DNA of 64,000 bases from Eledone cirrhosa (lineage: Eukaryota): the NCBI GenBank assembly GCA_964016885.1, contig OZ024747.1, positions 84,134,001 through 84,198,000 of the forward strand. Direction: 5' to 3'. The notes under the pieces are model-generated. The model had not been told where the DNA came from, did not search any database, and saw only the letters and a list, made by a program, of their open reading frames with translations. The first letter of the stretch is position 1. Each line of letters opens with the position of its first letter. Of this stretch, positions 28,523 to 41,831 are shown piece by piece. The position numbers and the translations under genes were made by a program.

Positions 28523-28581
<59 letters not shown>

Positions 28582-28628
28582 GCAACAACAATCGTCATCA
28601 TCATCATCATCATCATCATCATTATCAT
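28445..28628. repeat. (GAA)n-(CAA)n-(CAT)n compound trinucleotide tract
   Basis: Direct reading. Confidence 0.95.
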
Positions 28629-28934
28629 TCAGTTAAATCAAGAACTATTTCCTGCAGCAAAAGACGTACTATTTAAACTGTATCAGAAATGATGGCATAT
28701 ATGTGATATAAGCAGACTTCTGACATCTTAACAATATCAATGTTTACAAACAGACAAACCGCAGGCTTTCTGCGCCGGAAGTACACAAGCAAATATGTAA
28801 AACAGTTCTGTTTCCCAAAGCATTATCTTTAAAGTGAAACGAGGGAAAATTGTTTGTAGTAAACTTCATAGTCCCTATTTATGACTGTATGTGTGATTGT
28901 GTCTGTGCATGTGTGTATGTGTGATTGCACATGT

Positions 28935-29441
28935 GGACGTAGTGTGGACGCATGGTTAAGAGGTTCGTTTCTCAATGGCAGACCTGCCAACCTCTAAAAA
29001 CCCAAACGGGTAGTACCTTGAAAACAAGTGCCCAAAAACGAGGAGAAATGAGGCAAAATGGGGAGATTTTACATAATTGTTTCTACTTTTGGCACAAGGC
29101 CAGCAATTACCCAGTGTATTACTGGTACTTTATTTTATCGATCCCATAAGGATGAAAGGCAAAGTTAACCTCGACGGGATTTGAACTCAGACCGTAAAGG
29201 GACGTAACTATGCTGGAAGGCATGGCGTCCGACTCCCTAATGAAAACTATACCCATTTTCACAAGAGAAGACATCTATTAATCACCCTAAAGTGGGTTTG
29301 AGATCTCTCGCTGGGGAGAGTTGACAGGTCTGCAATGGATTCGACACTTCTGCATAGTATCTTGGGCAAATACCATTTTACTCGAATCGACCCAAGCCTT
29401 GTTAGTGAAATTGTGTAAGCGGAAACTGTTTAGAATCCCGT
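28935..29441 (+). mobile_element. second SINE family (CORE-like), split by a MITE
   Basis: tRNA-like head to 28978, resuming at 29339 with CTTGGGCAA..CAAGCCTTGT.AGTGAAA..CGGAAACT; intact-order minus copy at about 50935-51095. Confidence 0.6.
28979..29332. mobile_element. 6-bp-TSD MITE containing a nested SINE (29078-29237, minus)
   Basis: TIRs CAGACCTGCCAAC / GTTGACAGGTCTG; TSD CAATGG; SINE flanked by TAAT and absent from the 20357 copy. Confidence 0.85.
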
Positions 29442-29808
29442 AGGCTAGATTGTGCCTGTAATTTAAAGCGACAGACTTGTCACACTCACTATGTCATTAT
29501 GTCACGCTGAGTTGCGTTATGCGTACACGTGTACTACCTACGCGTGAATTTCACAAGCAGGTTTTTCGAACAACCTGCTTGTGAAATTTACGCAGCGTAA
29601 GTCGTTGAGCATTTCACAGACACGTGTACCCTTATATATATATATATATATATGGGTGCTCCAAAAAATGTATAAACACTTCAACATTATTCTAATAGAT
29701 ATTGCCGGTCAGGTAATTAATGTGTGTATACATTTCTTATTTGGGGAGGGGGTATGTCTTCGTGAAACCTTTGGGAAATGGAATAATTGTTTTATGTTGT
29801 TTATTACA

Positions 29809-29844
<36 letters not shown>

Positions 29845-29850
29845 TAAAGG

Positions 29851-29894
<44 letters not shown>

Positions 29895-30468
29895 GAATAA
29901 TCGAGAATCGGAATTTCAGCCCACGAAATCACGATAAACAATATCCGATATATGTGGCAGAGGGCTCAATAATTTGGAAAAATCAGAGCTATAACTATCG
30001 TTAAAATACCAACACATAGAGGTCATGCCTAAAATCACCCATGCAGCCGAAAATAAACGACCAGGAAGATTCGGGTCACTCAAATAAAATATCAATAAAT
30101 TAATAAATTAAATGAATGTAAAACTTACCCGGACCCGCTAGAATGATGTTAAATCTAGCTTCTTGGGTTTCTGCAATTCCTTAATCTGAACACTATCAGC
30201 CCAATAAAAGATATATAGGGCTTATAGAGAAGAGAGGAACAAGGAAAGCTTTATCAACGAGTCTTTAGTTCCACAGTATAGAAGGGCCCCGAAGCCGAAT
30301 GACGCACATGGTATTCAGCAAGGGAGGGAACCCTTATATTAGCGAAAGAATTCGGTGATGTGTAAATTATGTAACAATACAAATTATCACATATCGAATC
30401 AGTTATTACATAACTATATATATTTATTACATAACTATATATATATATATATATATATAGTTATTACA

Positions 30469-30522
<54 letters not shown>

Positions 30523-30528
<6 letters not shown>

Positions 30529-30838
30529 TGTAATAAACAACATAAAACAATTATTCCATTTCCCAAAGGTTTCACGAAGACAGACGACCTCTACACAGAT
30601 GTCTGAAATCGTTCATTACAATGAAATTTTATTTGAAGAGGAAGTGAGATATGGATTTCAAAACAAAGCTTAAAACAATTGAAAGAGAGGCTGATAGAAA
30701 ATAAAATAACGGACGTAATGTAATGAGGAAAAATAATAATGGAATAATTGTCTTATGTTGTTTATTACATAACTAAATAGCTCTGTAGCCTACATAGAGC
30801 ACTCTCCTTTCCTTTACCTTTCCTAAGGAAACACCTAA
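30523..30838 (+). mobile_element. (TA)n-embedded element with 38-bp inverted arms
   Basis: Arms 30523-30560 / 30738-30775; further copy at about 29757-29815. Confidence 0.7.
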
Positions 30839-30924
30839 TATATATATATATATATATATATAGTAACCAACATAAAATATATGATTTTTCTGATGCAATC
30901 TATCAAAACACAATTTCCCTAATT

Positions 30925-31091
30925 TTCCTGATTATTGATAAATCCTTGGAGGATGCAGAGGAGATGGCACGGGACCGCCAGCGATGGAGGGCGCTGGTGG
31001 ACCTGGTCGGCTTTACGTACGACGATGCTTCGGGATCGCTGGCTCAGGATGACCCCGGCCTCGTCGAGCAAGAGCAAGAAGAAGAAAAATA
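30925..31091 (+). mobile_element. RTE-like LINE extreme 3' fragment
   Basis: Translates SLEDAEEMARDRQRWRALV, matching the A.DR..WR.LV motif; ends in GAA repeats. Confidence 0.5.
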
Positions 31092-31393
31092 GAATATATA
31101 TATATACTAACACATGAAGAGATTAAAGATAAAAATGAAATTTTATTAATTCATTCCTTGGACATAACTTCATAAATGTTCAGCATATATGTATAAATGA
31201 CATACATGAATAAGTGTATCAGGAACTTTTGAGAAATAACTATTTATAGGGACAAATGTAAAATTAGAATCCAGGACCTTGTGATTGAAAAACGAACCCC
31301 TTATTGTAACGACATGATTGAGATAGGAAAATCATTTTATGTATGTTTGCTTATGTGGGTTTTAAAGTGTTACAGACGGATATATATATATAT

Positions 31394-31562
31394 ATGAGGA
31401 AGGGCTTATGCCCGAAACGTCGTTCATCCTTCGCACCACCTCACCTGAGGAAGGGCTTATGCCCGAAACGTCGTTCCTCACCACCACCCCACTCTCCAGA
31501 GCGTGAAATTAATAAACATTCGTTGTACTGCTTCTCTGTTTTGTTCCTGTTCAAATTTTTCC

Positions 31563-31565
<3 letters not shown>
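31394..31565 (+). mobile_element. PLE-type 3' end with tandem hammerhead-like motifs (family C)
   Basis: TGAGGAAGGGCTTATGCCCGAAACGTC twice (31395, 31446), then AATAAA, then (TA)n; long minus copy at 57608-59135; 3' remnant at 53020-53081. Confidence 0.75.
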
Positions 31566-31596
<31 letters not shown>

Positions 31597-31598
<2 letters not shown>

Positions 31599-31782
31599 AA
31601 AAGAGACAGGACCCCGACGGCTGAGCTCCGGCCGTTTCGACAGCTAGATCTAGTTGTCGAAACGGCCGGAGCTCAGCAGTCGGGATCCTGACTCTTTCCC
31701 TATTACCCACTCTACTACCCTAAGTATTGAGTTCTCTAGTGCGTTATGGTCCACCTGGTTCCTTACCACACTTCCTTCGTTA
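31597..31782 (+). mobile_element. family B fold-back element
   Basis: Loopless 52-bp arms 31597-31648 / 31649-31700. Confidence 0.85.
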
Positions 31783-31932
31783 CACACTCAGCCTCCGGAC
31801 TCCACACGCCCCCCTCACCCACCCCTCTCCATCCACACGCACGCACACACCGACTTGCACCCCACCCCATGTACACAACGGTTTCCCTTTTACCTGAACA
31901 TGTATATATATATATATATACATATACATATA

Positions 31933-32030
31933 CAGGGTATCCCAAAGAAATGTATACGCACTTCAACTCAATTCTAATAAATATTGCATGTACACGTAAT
32001 CAGTGTGTATACATTTTTGAGGACACTCTG
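31933..32030. mobile_element. 98-bp Tc1/mariner-type MITE
   Basis: TA flanks; TIRs CAGGGTATCCCAAAGAAATGTATACGCACT / inverted CAGAGTGTCCTCAAAAATGTATACACACT; relic at about 29654-29740. Confidence 0.75.
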
Positions 32031-34070
32031 TATATATACACATAACGTATTATTATGGTTGATGCTACTGAAGACATAACTATGCGCTTGTTTTAACTTG
32101 TTTTTATAGTCCTTTAATTTTTTTTGCAGCAATCAATTTCCGATGTTCGTCAACATTTCACAATCTCATGGTCTTATCTATTTTCTGGTTGAAATATTTT
32201 TACTGGCGGTTGCTAATGTTGTTTTATTGTGGGTGAGAATCATAAGAATCGTAGGAATGTTATGTTTGTGTCTCATTCATTATAGCTGGACTTTAAAATT
32301 TTAACGACCGTTGACGTCAAGTCTTTTCCAGCAATCAGAAAATAGTTTGGCTACAACTATGTATAAAGTGTTAGTTTCAAGTGTTATTTTCTTGCTAGCG
32401 TACGTTATCTGTGTTCTTTTCCATTATATTTTGCTCTTAATATAGTTTCTCTGACTAATCTTCTAGATTTTTGGGGAATTTTATTAAGATAGTTATATTA
32501 TCAGCTATTGTGTAAAGTACCGCGTTGCTTTCTTATTGTAAATGGCCAGCAAACAAGAGTGGAAATTGTACATTAGTCATGAAATTTTGCATATAAATTT
32601 TGCATATAAATTTCTAAATTACTTTGACTATCTGGATTTTTCAGCCGGCTTATAAGTGCCTTTTGTCGTTAATGAGGATTTTCTTAAAAGTGTTGTGTTT
32701 TCGTAATATATTTAAATTGAATATATTTTATTAGATGAGTTGTTGTTTTTTTATAATGTGTTCATTTATTCTATAGTCGGTGTTGATTTGACTCGTGTAA
32801 TTTACTTCGTGAGTGGCTTGATCGTTTCTGTTGTATGCTGTTGGATATCTAGGTGTTGTGTATTGTTAGAAGATGTTTTGTCCTGTTCTATAGTTTGGTC
32901 TAAGGCAACGAATTGACAGTCGTTAGAACGTCGGATAGAAAACTTTGCGGTATTCGTTTCATTATCTACTCTCTGAGTTCAAATCCTACCGAGGTCAGCT
33001 TTGCCTTTCATCTTTTGAGATTGATAAAAAAAAAAGTACCAGTCTAGTACTGGGGTCAATTTTTCCTCTATATCTCTTTCTCACTTCCTCTCTTTAAATA
33101 TCTATCCTTCTCTGGAAGAAATCGGCTGTGCTCAGACCTGGAGATGGATGGGCTCCGCTAGGTTTATAATGCCCGATGCTCGCCATATGTCCTTACGGCA
33201 CCCTACGGCCCCAGCGGGAGTTACAGATCCATACAGATGTTTTTAGACAAAACTGATTGAAAATATGTTGTATTTCATCCTTATATTTTTATCTAAAAAA
33301 AGGTTGTTGAGTCATCTATATTTTTACCAAAATCATGTTGAATATTAAAATATAGAAAGACAGACAGAAAAACAGGCAACACCTATGATACAACGTTGAT
33401 TTCTGGTATGAATACCCCTCCCCCTAACTTTTTATCTTACATTTGTGTTCCATGAATTCTAAATGAGATTTTTTAAAAGTCGAACGTTTTTGACAGATCC
33501 TTGTGTTTGTTTGTATGACAGACGGACAAAAAGGTTTTACAGTTATTATAATATAAATTTACACCTAGGAACCACAGCAAAGAAAGAATCTATTCTATAA
33601 AGACTCAGCAATTCCTTTGAACAGTGATTTATTTCTAAGAAGATGTGCATGCTAATTGCCTGTTTCTCAGTAATTCAGTGTCTTTACAATAAATTATTTT
33701 ATTCATATCGTTAGACCCAAATCTCATATTACTGAGTGGCTTACTTTAGAAGGAATGCATTGGGCGTTAAGCCAGCCAGCAACTTGACTCTCTAAAACGC
33801 ACACAGAAACACTTAAAAAATAAGTTGTTCTAACATTTCTAGAAGGCCAGCAATTTGGGGGAAGCTGAAAGTCGATTATATCGACCACAGTTCTTAGCTA
33901 GTACTTTATCGTCCCTGGGATGATGAAGGCAAAGTTGACTTCGGCGGGATTTGAACTTAGAACGTCGTAACTAAACACCGCAAAGCATCTTGTATAACGT
34001 GATCTGTATAGAACGTTTTCTAACGTACACACTTTTTTCACTATCTCTCTCTCCCTCTCTCTCTCTCCCC

Positions 34071-34117
<47 letters not shown>

Positions 34118-34120
<3 letters not shown>

Positions 34121-34312
34121 CGTTATTCCGGGTTGAATCGGAGGTAACCACAGTAAGTAAGGTACTCAATACATTGCAGAGTATAAAAGTTTTAATATAG
34201 ATGAGATTCTACAGGACTAGAACTGTTTCATTCTTTAGAAATCATCAGGAATCTCCTGATGATTTCTAAAGAATGAAACAGTTCTAGTCCTGTAGAATCT
34301 CATTTATATTAA

Positions 34313-34316
<4 letters not shown>
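34118..34316 (-). mobile_element. fold-back element in (TA)n, 63-bp arms, hammerhead core in both arms
   Basis: Arms 34188-34250 / 34254-34316, 3-nt loop, 1 mismatch; CTGATGA-TTTC-TAAA-GAAT-GAAA-CAG..CTG-TA. Confidence 0.85.
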
Positions 34317-34349
<33 letters not shown>

Positions 34350-34459
34350 AAAATGTGTGAGTTCCTTGGTACAGTTAGGTATATTTGAAAAAAAAGGAAA
34401 AGAATGACTTCACTTGTAGTTCTAAATAATAAATAATTTGATTTAATTTTATATTATAA

Positions 34460-35430
34460 CTAGCAGTAAAGCCTGGCGTTGCTCGGGGCTGCTCAGTAGC
34501 TGTGTTAAAGTTACAATGTTAAGTTCCTTTCTTGGCTTAAAAACTGTAGAGTCTACAGTGTAGACTTTCATGTGGTACTTTTGATTAATATTCCCTCAAC
34601 CAACAGTATGCCTTATGAAGTTAAGAAAACATAATCATAACTCGAATGTTAAAACAAAAGAGGATGCTGGGGATAAAAACTGCACTGGTAATCTATTAAC
34701 AAAAATCGAAAATGTAAACACTGCAACACTTGTCTCAGAAAAAAACATCAGCGTAACCAAAATATCAGTTATTTTGAAACAAAGAAATTGGATGGACATG
34801 AAAAACAAAAAAGAAAATGCAATTTCATCGCCTGTCACCTCTCTGCACGACTGTCTGTCTGCACAACTTTATCGCCTATATCCCCTCTCTGCACGACTGT
34901 CTGTCTGCACAACTTTATCGCCTATATCCCCTCTCTGCACGACTGTGTCTGCACAACTTTATCGCCTATATCACCTCTCTGCACGACTGTCTGTCTGCAC
35001 AACTTTATCGCCTATATCACCTCTCTGCACGACTGTCTGTCTGCACAACTTTATCGCCTATATCACCTCTCTGCACGACTGTCTGTCTGCACAACTTTAT
35101 CGCCTATAGCAGTAAAGCCCGGCGTTACTCGGGGCTGCTCAGTAGCTGTGTTAAAGTTACAATGTTAAGTTCCTTTCACATTCATCTGTAGAACAAACGT
35201 AGCCCATGTGTCAAGTTTTGTGAAAATCGGTTGCGAACTCAAGAAGTTATGACGTTTTGTTGCATTGCACTGCAGTGCTTCAGTCGACTCCAAGGAAGTG
35301 GTTAAAGGGGGTTATCTGCCGGGAGGCCCTATAATCAATATCTGGAAAAATGAAAGTGCCCATGACCATCCGGAGTACATAAGTAACCTATATCTTAAGT
35401 TTGGTGAAAATACTGTAGAAATGCATAAGG
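34460..35430 (-). mobile_element. non-autonomous Helitron 3' portion with duplicated 3' end
   Basis: Plus strand A|CTAGCAGTAAAGCCTGGCGTTGCTCGGG; about 70 bp repeated at 35107-35176. Confidence 0.65.
34836..35108 (+). repeat. 46-bp minisatellite x6
   Basis: GCACAACTTT recurs at 34861, 34907, 34951, 34997, 35043 and 35089. Confidence 0.95.
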
Positions 35431-36164
35431 TGTGTGTATGTATTTGTGTGTGCGTATGTATATGTATGTGTATGTCCGTCGGCGCATACGTATGTACTGG
35501 CTTAAATCTTCACTATTTACTTTTACTATTTTAAGGCTAACTTAAAATCCCGTCGAGGTTAACTTTGCCTTTCATCATTACGGGGTTGATAAAATAAAGT
35601 ACCAGTAATGTAGTGGTGAATTGCTTGCCTTGTGCCAAAAGTAGAAACAACTATTTTAATAACCTCTGTCATTTTCGTTTACAATTTTATTTACATCATT
35701 CTTAAACTCCGGAGCTGGAAATCATTCGGTTATTTTAAATAGAATATTAGTCTAACGACTCCATTTATACCATAAACTTGGTCTCGTCTTTGCATGAAAT
35801 TGTTCTTCTCGATCCGCATAACAACGTATTCTCCTCGCTTTTTTCCATTCATTACCACGGAACGTCTTCACGAACTAAAATATCGTCTTCCTGTTTTCCT
35901 TCGGTTGCAACGTTTCTCGAAATATTTAATTCTGCGTTCACAGATTGAATTTTTTAGTTTAAGAAGATCCCGTTTATGTTGAAAGCAGCGATTCTTTGCT
36001 TAAACTTTCTTTCTTTCTCAACCCCTCTCCCTTTTTTCTCATACCCTCTCTCTCTCTCTCACTCATACCCTCTCTCTCTCTCTCTCTCTTCCTCTGCAGA
36101 ATGGAGAAGAATAAAGAACGCGCAGATCTCTCTTTCTCTCTCTCTCTCTCTGCCTTTATATATT

Positions 36165-36252
<88 letters not shown>

Positions 36253-36375
36253 CCAGCGTTCGTTGCCATTCTCTCTCTCTCTGTCTCTATCTGATTATCT
36301 TGTACCTCTCTCTGTATAACGACCTATCTCACTCTCTCTCTCTCTACATCTCCCTTTCTCTCTTTAGATGTATAT

Positions 36376-36439
<64 letters not shown>

Positions 36440-36444
<5 letters not shown>

Positions 36445-36739
36445 TATATATATATAGAGAGAGAGAGTTGCAACATGTATGTAGTTTCATAGATTTTTTT
36501 TAGGGTAGTAGTGAGAGGAATTAAGCGTGTAAGAGAGAGGGTTACAGCATGTATTTAGTTTTATCGATTTTTTTCATAGAAGCAGGAAATTTTTGGCAAA
36601 GTTTATTACGCGTTGACCAGCCTTGGTAAATTTGGACCACATTGGAAAAGAAATCATCGAAATCGGTAGAGAAATGTGGAAATGCATAAAAATCATACAC
36701 ACACACAGACAGACATCTTCCGTTTTATATATTTTGAGA
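36440..36739 (-). mobile_element. Helitron 5' portion
   Basis: Inverted homology to 4400-4525; minus strand begins TC..ATATATAAAA..TGTCTGTCTGTGTG. Confidence 0.55.
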
Positions 36740-36841
36740 TAATGTGTTGCACATATTATTATAAAATTAAATCAAATTATTTAGAACTACAAGTGAAGTC
36801 ATTCTTTTCCTTTTTTTCAAATATATATATATATATATACT

Positions 36842-37061
36842 CGAGGGGGTGGTTAAAAGTTCCTGGCTTGATCACTGTTACAGAGGCCTGGTTGGAGGCC
36901 CAACCTTCCAAGTTCTTTTTAAAGGGATTAGCAAACCTGCTGAGGGACCTCTGCACAAAGTGTGTGAATCGGAGAGAGGGATATGTTGAATAAAATCATA
37001 ATTAACTGATCTCCTGTATTTTCTTTTACCCAAAAGCAAGGAATTTTTCAGCACCCCCTCT
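36842..37061 (+). mobile_element. internally deleted mariner element
   Basis: TIRs GAGGGGGTG.T.AAAA.TTCCT.GCT in a TA tract; retains a transposase-like C-terminus FFLKGLANL..CTKCVNRREGYVE*. Confidence 0.75.
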
Positions 37062-37540
37062 TATATATATATATATATGTGTGTGTGTGTGGTGCACAAG
37101 CATAGCTTTGTTAAAGTGAAGAAACCGAATATTATATTCCGAAAGTAACACAATTAGTTACATAGTAGTATTTTGATTTTTTTTAAACTGTAGCTAAAAT
37201 CCTTATCATTATTATTATTTTTTTTTTTTCCATTAGAATTTTTAAGACATGTACAAGTAATATCGAAAGATTTGCTTAGGAACGCAGCATGGGTTACGAA
37301 ACAGCAACTACATAACAGTATATAAAGAGTAGCTTTACCACACATGCGATATGGTACCTCCCTTGTGAACTGAACTAAATCAAAGTTTGTCGACTCTATG
37401 AAACTTAGATGTGATTAAAACAAGATGTGATTACTTACAGACACTGCAGATACACACACACATGCATATATATATATATACAAATAGATATATATGTACA
37501 CATATATATATATGTATATATACATAAATATATATACATG

Positions 37541-37639
<99 letters not shown>

Positions 37640-37984
37640 CCTCGGTTTGGAAGAAACAATTGTAAGCAAATAAATGATTTAAACAGAACTTTGATTCATG
37701 TAATTTCTATATAACTGCTCTGTAAAACAACTGATGTTGTTACATTGAGCTATTTATCTTACTGGTAATAAGGTAGTAATAAATTACTGACCTTCACTGT
37801 TTAGGGTTTAAAATATATATAACTATAAAAGGTTTTAGTATATACATAACCATAAATGGTATCCTTAATACTATATGTATATATATGTATATATATATAT
37901 ATATATAACGAAGGAAATGTGGTAAGGAACCAGGTGGACCATAACGCACCAATATATATATTTATATACAATATATATTTATAT

Positions 37985-38277
37985 ACACGGATGGACCTTA
38001 GTGATGGACCAACGGATGGACCAACGTGATACAATATGTGACACGGATGGACCTTAGTGATGGACCAACGGATGGACCAACGTGATACAATATGTGACAC
38101 GGATGGACCTTAGTGATGGACCAACGGATGGACCAACGTGATACAATATGTGACACGGATGGACCTTAGTGATGGACCAACGGATGGACCAACGTGATAC
38201 AATATGTGACACGGATGGACCTTAGTGATGGGCCAACGGATGGACCAACGTGATACAATATGTGACACGGATGGACA
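37985..38277 (+). repeat. 56-bp minisatellite x5
   Basis: ACACGGATGGAC recurs every 56 bp; internal GATGGACC subrepeats. Confidence 0.95.
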
Positions 38278-39533
38278 CGTAACGAATTGCGGGATTCTAC
38301 GCAGATCTGACTATCCGATTTCACTCACATGGTTTGTGTCAACTCGAGGCTTGTCCCGGGACCGCATGATTACGAAACGAACGTCAATGTACCCTCAGCT
38401 ATCATAAGCAGGTTAATGTAATGAAAAGGCTGTTCTATTGTTCGAACAACTGTAACACTCATCATCAGAATCGACGGACATCTAACACGCGTTTACGCCA
38501 GTAAATAGCGTGTATAAGAGTGTGTATTGTGTACAGGGTTAGTTTGTGTGTGTATCTGTATGTATGTAAGTATGTATACATATACACACACACACACGCG
38601 CGCGCGCACATATTTATATACACACAAAGCGATATTTAATTTGTTGGTAATTCAACAAATATATTTATAACAAATTCGAAGCACTCGACAAGTTTTCTGG
38701 ATTATAATGTTAAGGATAATAATAAATGGAACCTATATTTATAAAACCATATTTATTCTATTATATATATTTCAAGGGTACCAACACTTTTATAAATATT
38801 TGGGATCAAAATATTTGGGATCAAAATATTTACATGTATTGAGAAAGGAGCTTTTTTTTTTCCTATCTTCTTTTTTTTTTATCATTTACAAGTATATCGA
38901 AAGCGTGCATCTGTAAGCAATTAAAATATATAAAATATATATTTGTCTGAAGTTGCACATATAATAACTAAAATAACAACAACAATAACGGTGGTAAATA
39001 TATAGTAGCAGAAAGCTAGACAGACAGACGGATAGACGAATGAACTATGATATGTATTCAGATACACGCTATGATATCTCGTGTTGAATTTTAATATCAC
39101 AAACCATACCGTCAGTAAGTTGATATGTACATCTTCTGTGGACATGGATAATGTATAGTAATAATAATAAATGTGAAGACTAAAATCCAAAGAGGGCTCG
39201 ATAAGGATAAATATATATCTGTTATTTTATATATATATATATATATATATATTTCATTTGTTCTTATATTTAAGTATGGATGAGATGTTACTAGTTAAGA
39301 TCAGTAAAGCCTTCAACTTAGTACTCTATAGTTCGGAAAAGTAAAGCATAGATGTTATGAGAATTCTCTGCCCTACAGTTAAGCTTCTACTGTTTTGATA
39401 GCAAATGAGAAACGAGTGACGTATTCCTGATCTATGCCGACTCCCTAAGCTTTCAGGTTACGAATCCCTTTTTGAATTTCAATCTTTTGTCTCACTACTA
39501 GTTTTAAGCCTAGTCAACCTTATAAATAATACG

Positions 39534-39574
<41 letters not shown>

Positions 39575-39813
39575 GCCCCACTTTTTATTTGTACAGATAG
39601 TCGGGAGTAAGGGGACAGGGCTTGACCAAAATTAAGCTTAGTTTCCATTTACTCTTCTTAAAGATTTTTAAAAGCAGAAATATTAAAATATAAAGTAAAA
39701 TTTAAAATATTTGTCTTCATTTTGCATTTGTTTTCAGCCTGTTTTTAGCAGTTTAGTTTTCAATGTAGCTACTTACTAAAACACTTTTATGTGTTTTATA
39801 TTCTAATGTGTGC

Positions 39814-39859
<46 letters not shown>

Positions 39860-41283
39860 ACGTGTATATACCGTAATTTTGGCACAAGCTAGCAATTTAG
39901 CAGGAGAGTCGATTATATCGACCTCAACACTTGATCGCTACTTTACTTTATCGATCCCCGAAAGAATGACAACAATGTTGCCCTTAGCAGGATTTGAACT
40001 CACAACCTAAAAAGCCATATTTGACCAGATTTCTCTCACCTCTTTCTGTTCAAACTGGCCATAACCGGCCATTCATACTGACGTTAAAGTATTGTTCTCA
40101 AAATAAGTAATATCAATTCCGTTCTTCTATGAGCCATAACTAAATGTGAAATATTTTGTCCGAAGCTCTGCCGACTCTGCTTATTTACAACCTGCGAACA
40201 ATGAACATTAGCTGAAACAATATCCGTCAAATGTCCCATCTTCAGATTTAAAACAACACGAGTTCTCAAAAGATATGACCATTGTGCCACTTCTCCTCTC
40301 CGGCTACTTATTTTCTTCTTTGTTTCTTTTTTATTTCTTTACCACTTCTGCCTCACTTCTTTCACCTTTTTCTTCTTCTCCATTTTTTTCCTTCATTTTA
40401 CGTCTTCTCTACCATCTTTTTTCTTTTAATCGTTTTCTTCCTCTTGGTCTTTTAGTCCATTGTTTTTTCATCCTTCTTTCTTTTGCCTCTTTTTTTTTTC
40501 TTCTTCAATTTCTTCGTCTTCTTATTCTTCTTCTGCTTTTTTATATTCTTCTTCTGTTTCATTTTTTTTTAACTTTTTCGTTCTCTTTCTCGTTCGCAGT
40601 CAACATCATATTTTCTTTTCTTTTATTTCGCTCTTCTAAGTGTTTTTTCTTCTTCTTCATACTCACTTTTGTTTCTTCTCTATCTCTTTCACCTTCTACT
40701 TCTTTTTTTTCTCAGTTTTCTTCGTCTCTTTGTTTCGTCTTCTTATTCTCTCGCCTCCTTCTTTCTCCTCCTCCTACTTACAGTAACCAAAACGGTGATT
40801 TATTAAATATCTTTCTAAACATCTCACGTTACATATATATTTCTTTCAATTATTTTTGTTTTCCTTTTGTCCTTTTTTATTTGTTTTGCTTTGTTTTCGT
40901 TTTTGTTATTGTTTAGAATTATATTTATATTATTTCTTTGCAATTTTGCTTTTAGTTGTTGTCGTAAGTTTTCTTTTATTTTTATATATTTATATTTTTA
41001 GTTAAGATATTGTTCTTCACTAGTTCTTATATATTATTTTAGTGTCACTTTCTCCCTAGGTGATATTTGTGATTCTTTCTTTTTCAGATATTTCATATTT
41101 CCATACAATATCTTGTTTTCTTTAGTTAATTTCTTTGGGGTATTTTGCTTTCCACGGTGGTTGTTTTGCTTGACTTCTTGTTTTCTTTTTGGGTGGCTTT
41201 AATGCTTGCTTTCCTTAGTTATTACTTGGGCTGCTGCATATAACATATGAGTGGCATTGCTATTATTATTATTACTATTATTA

Positions 41284-41324
<41 letters not shown>

Positions 41325-41504
41325 CACGACTATATCGTATTTTGTAAGAGGGGTAACATTTCAAGCACATTCCAATGTAAACCATTACGTTATCTTCATC
41401 CTATTTTTCAGGTAGAGAAGTGAAGAAAAACTTGCTGCATCAGTTTCAACACTAACAATGTAATGTAGAGAAGAATTAAGGCAGATAACGACAATAGCAG
41501 AACG

Positions 41505-41562
<58 letters not shown>

Positions 41563-41831
41563 TAATAATGATTTCTTTATTAACCACAAGGGTTTACATA
41601 AAGTAGACATTAAGGACAGTGCAGGACAATGCAGGACGGTACAAATGGGCATTTCTGCGTGTAAAAAAACAAAAATAGAGGATGTAACAAAAATAACAAT
41701 GAAAATAACAATGAAAAATTCCCCAATAGGGGGGAGACTTCGGAGGGACATTTGTGGAGAAAGCCCAGTAAAAAGCCACAATGACCCTGACCACCAAGGC
41801 AAGTGCCCTCTCCCAGTTTTCCACCTTTAGT

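Noticed and set aside
32040-32900. Highly decayed PLE RT on minus (RLKNP..SNL-like peptide)
   Set aside because: Only one weak motif and many stops
33150-33560. Additional Helitron-like element
   Set aside because: Ends only loosely match and no clear terminal hairpin was found
34836-38277. CRISPR-like arrays (46-bp and 56-bp repeats; also the 37-bp and 91-bp arrays)
   Set aside because: Head-to-tail units without unique spacers, no cas genes, eukaryotic context
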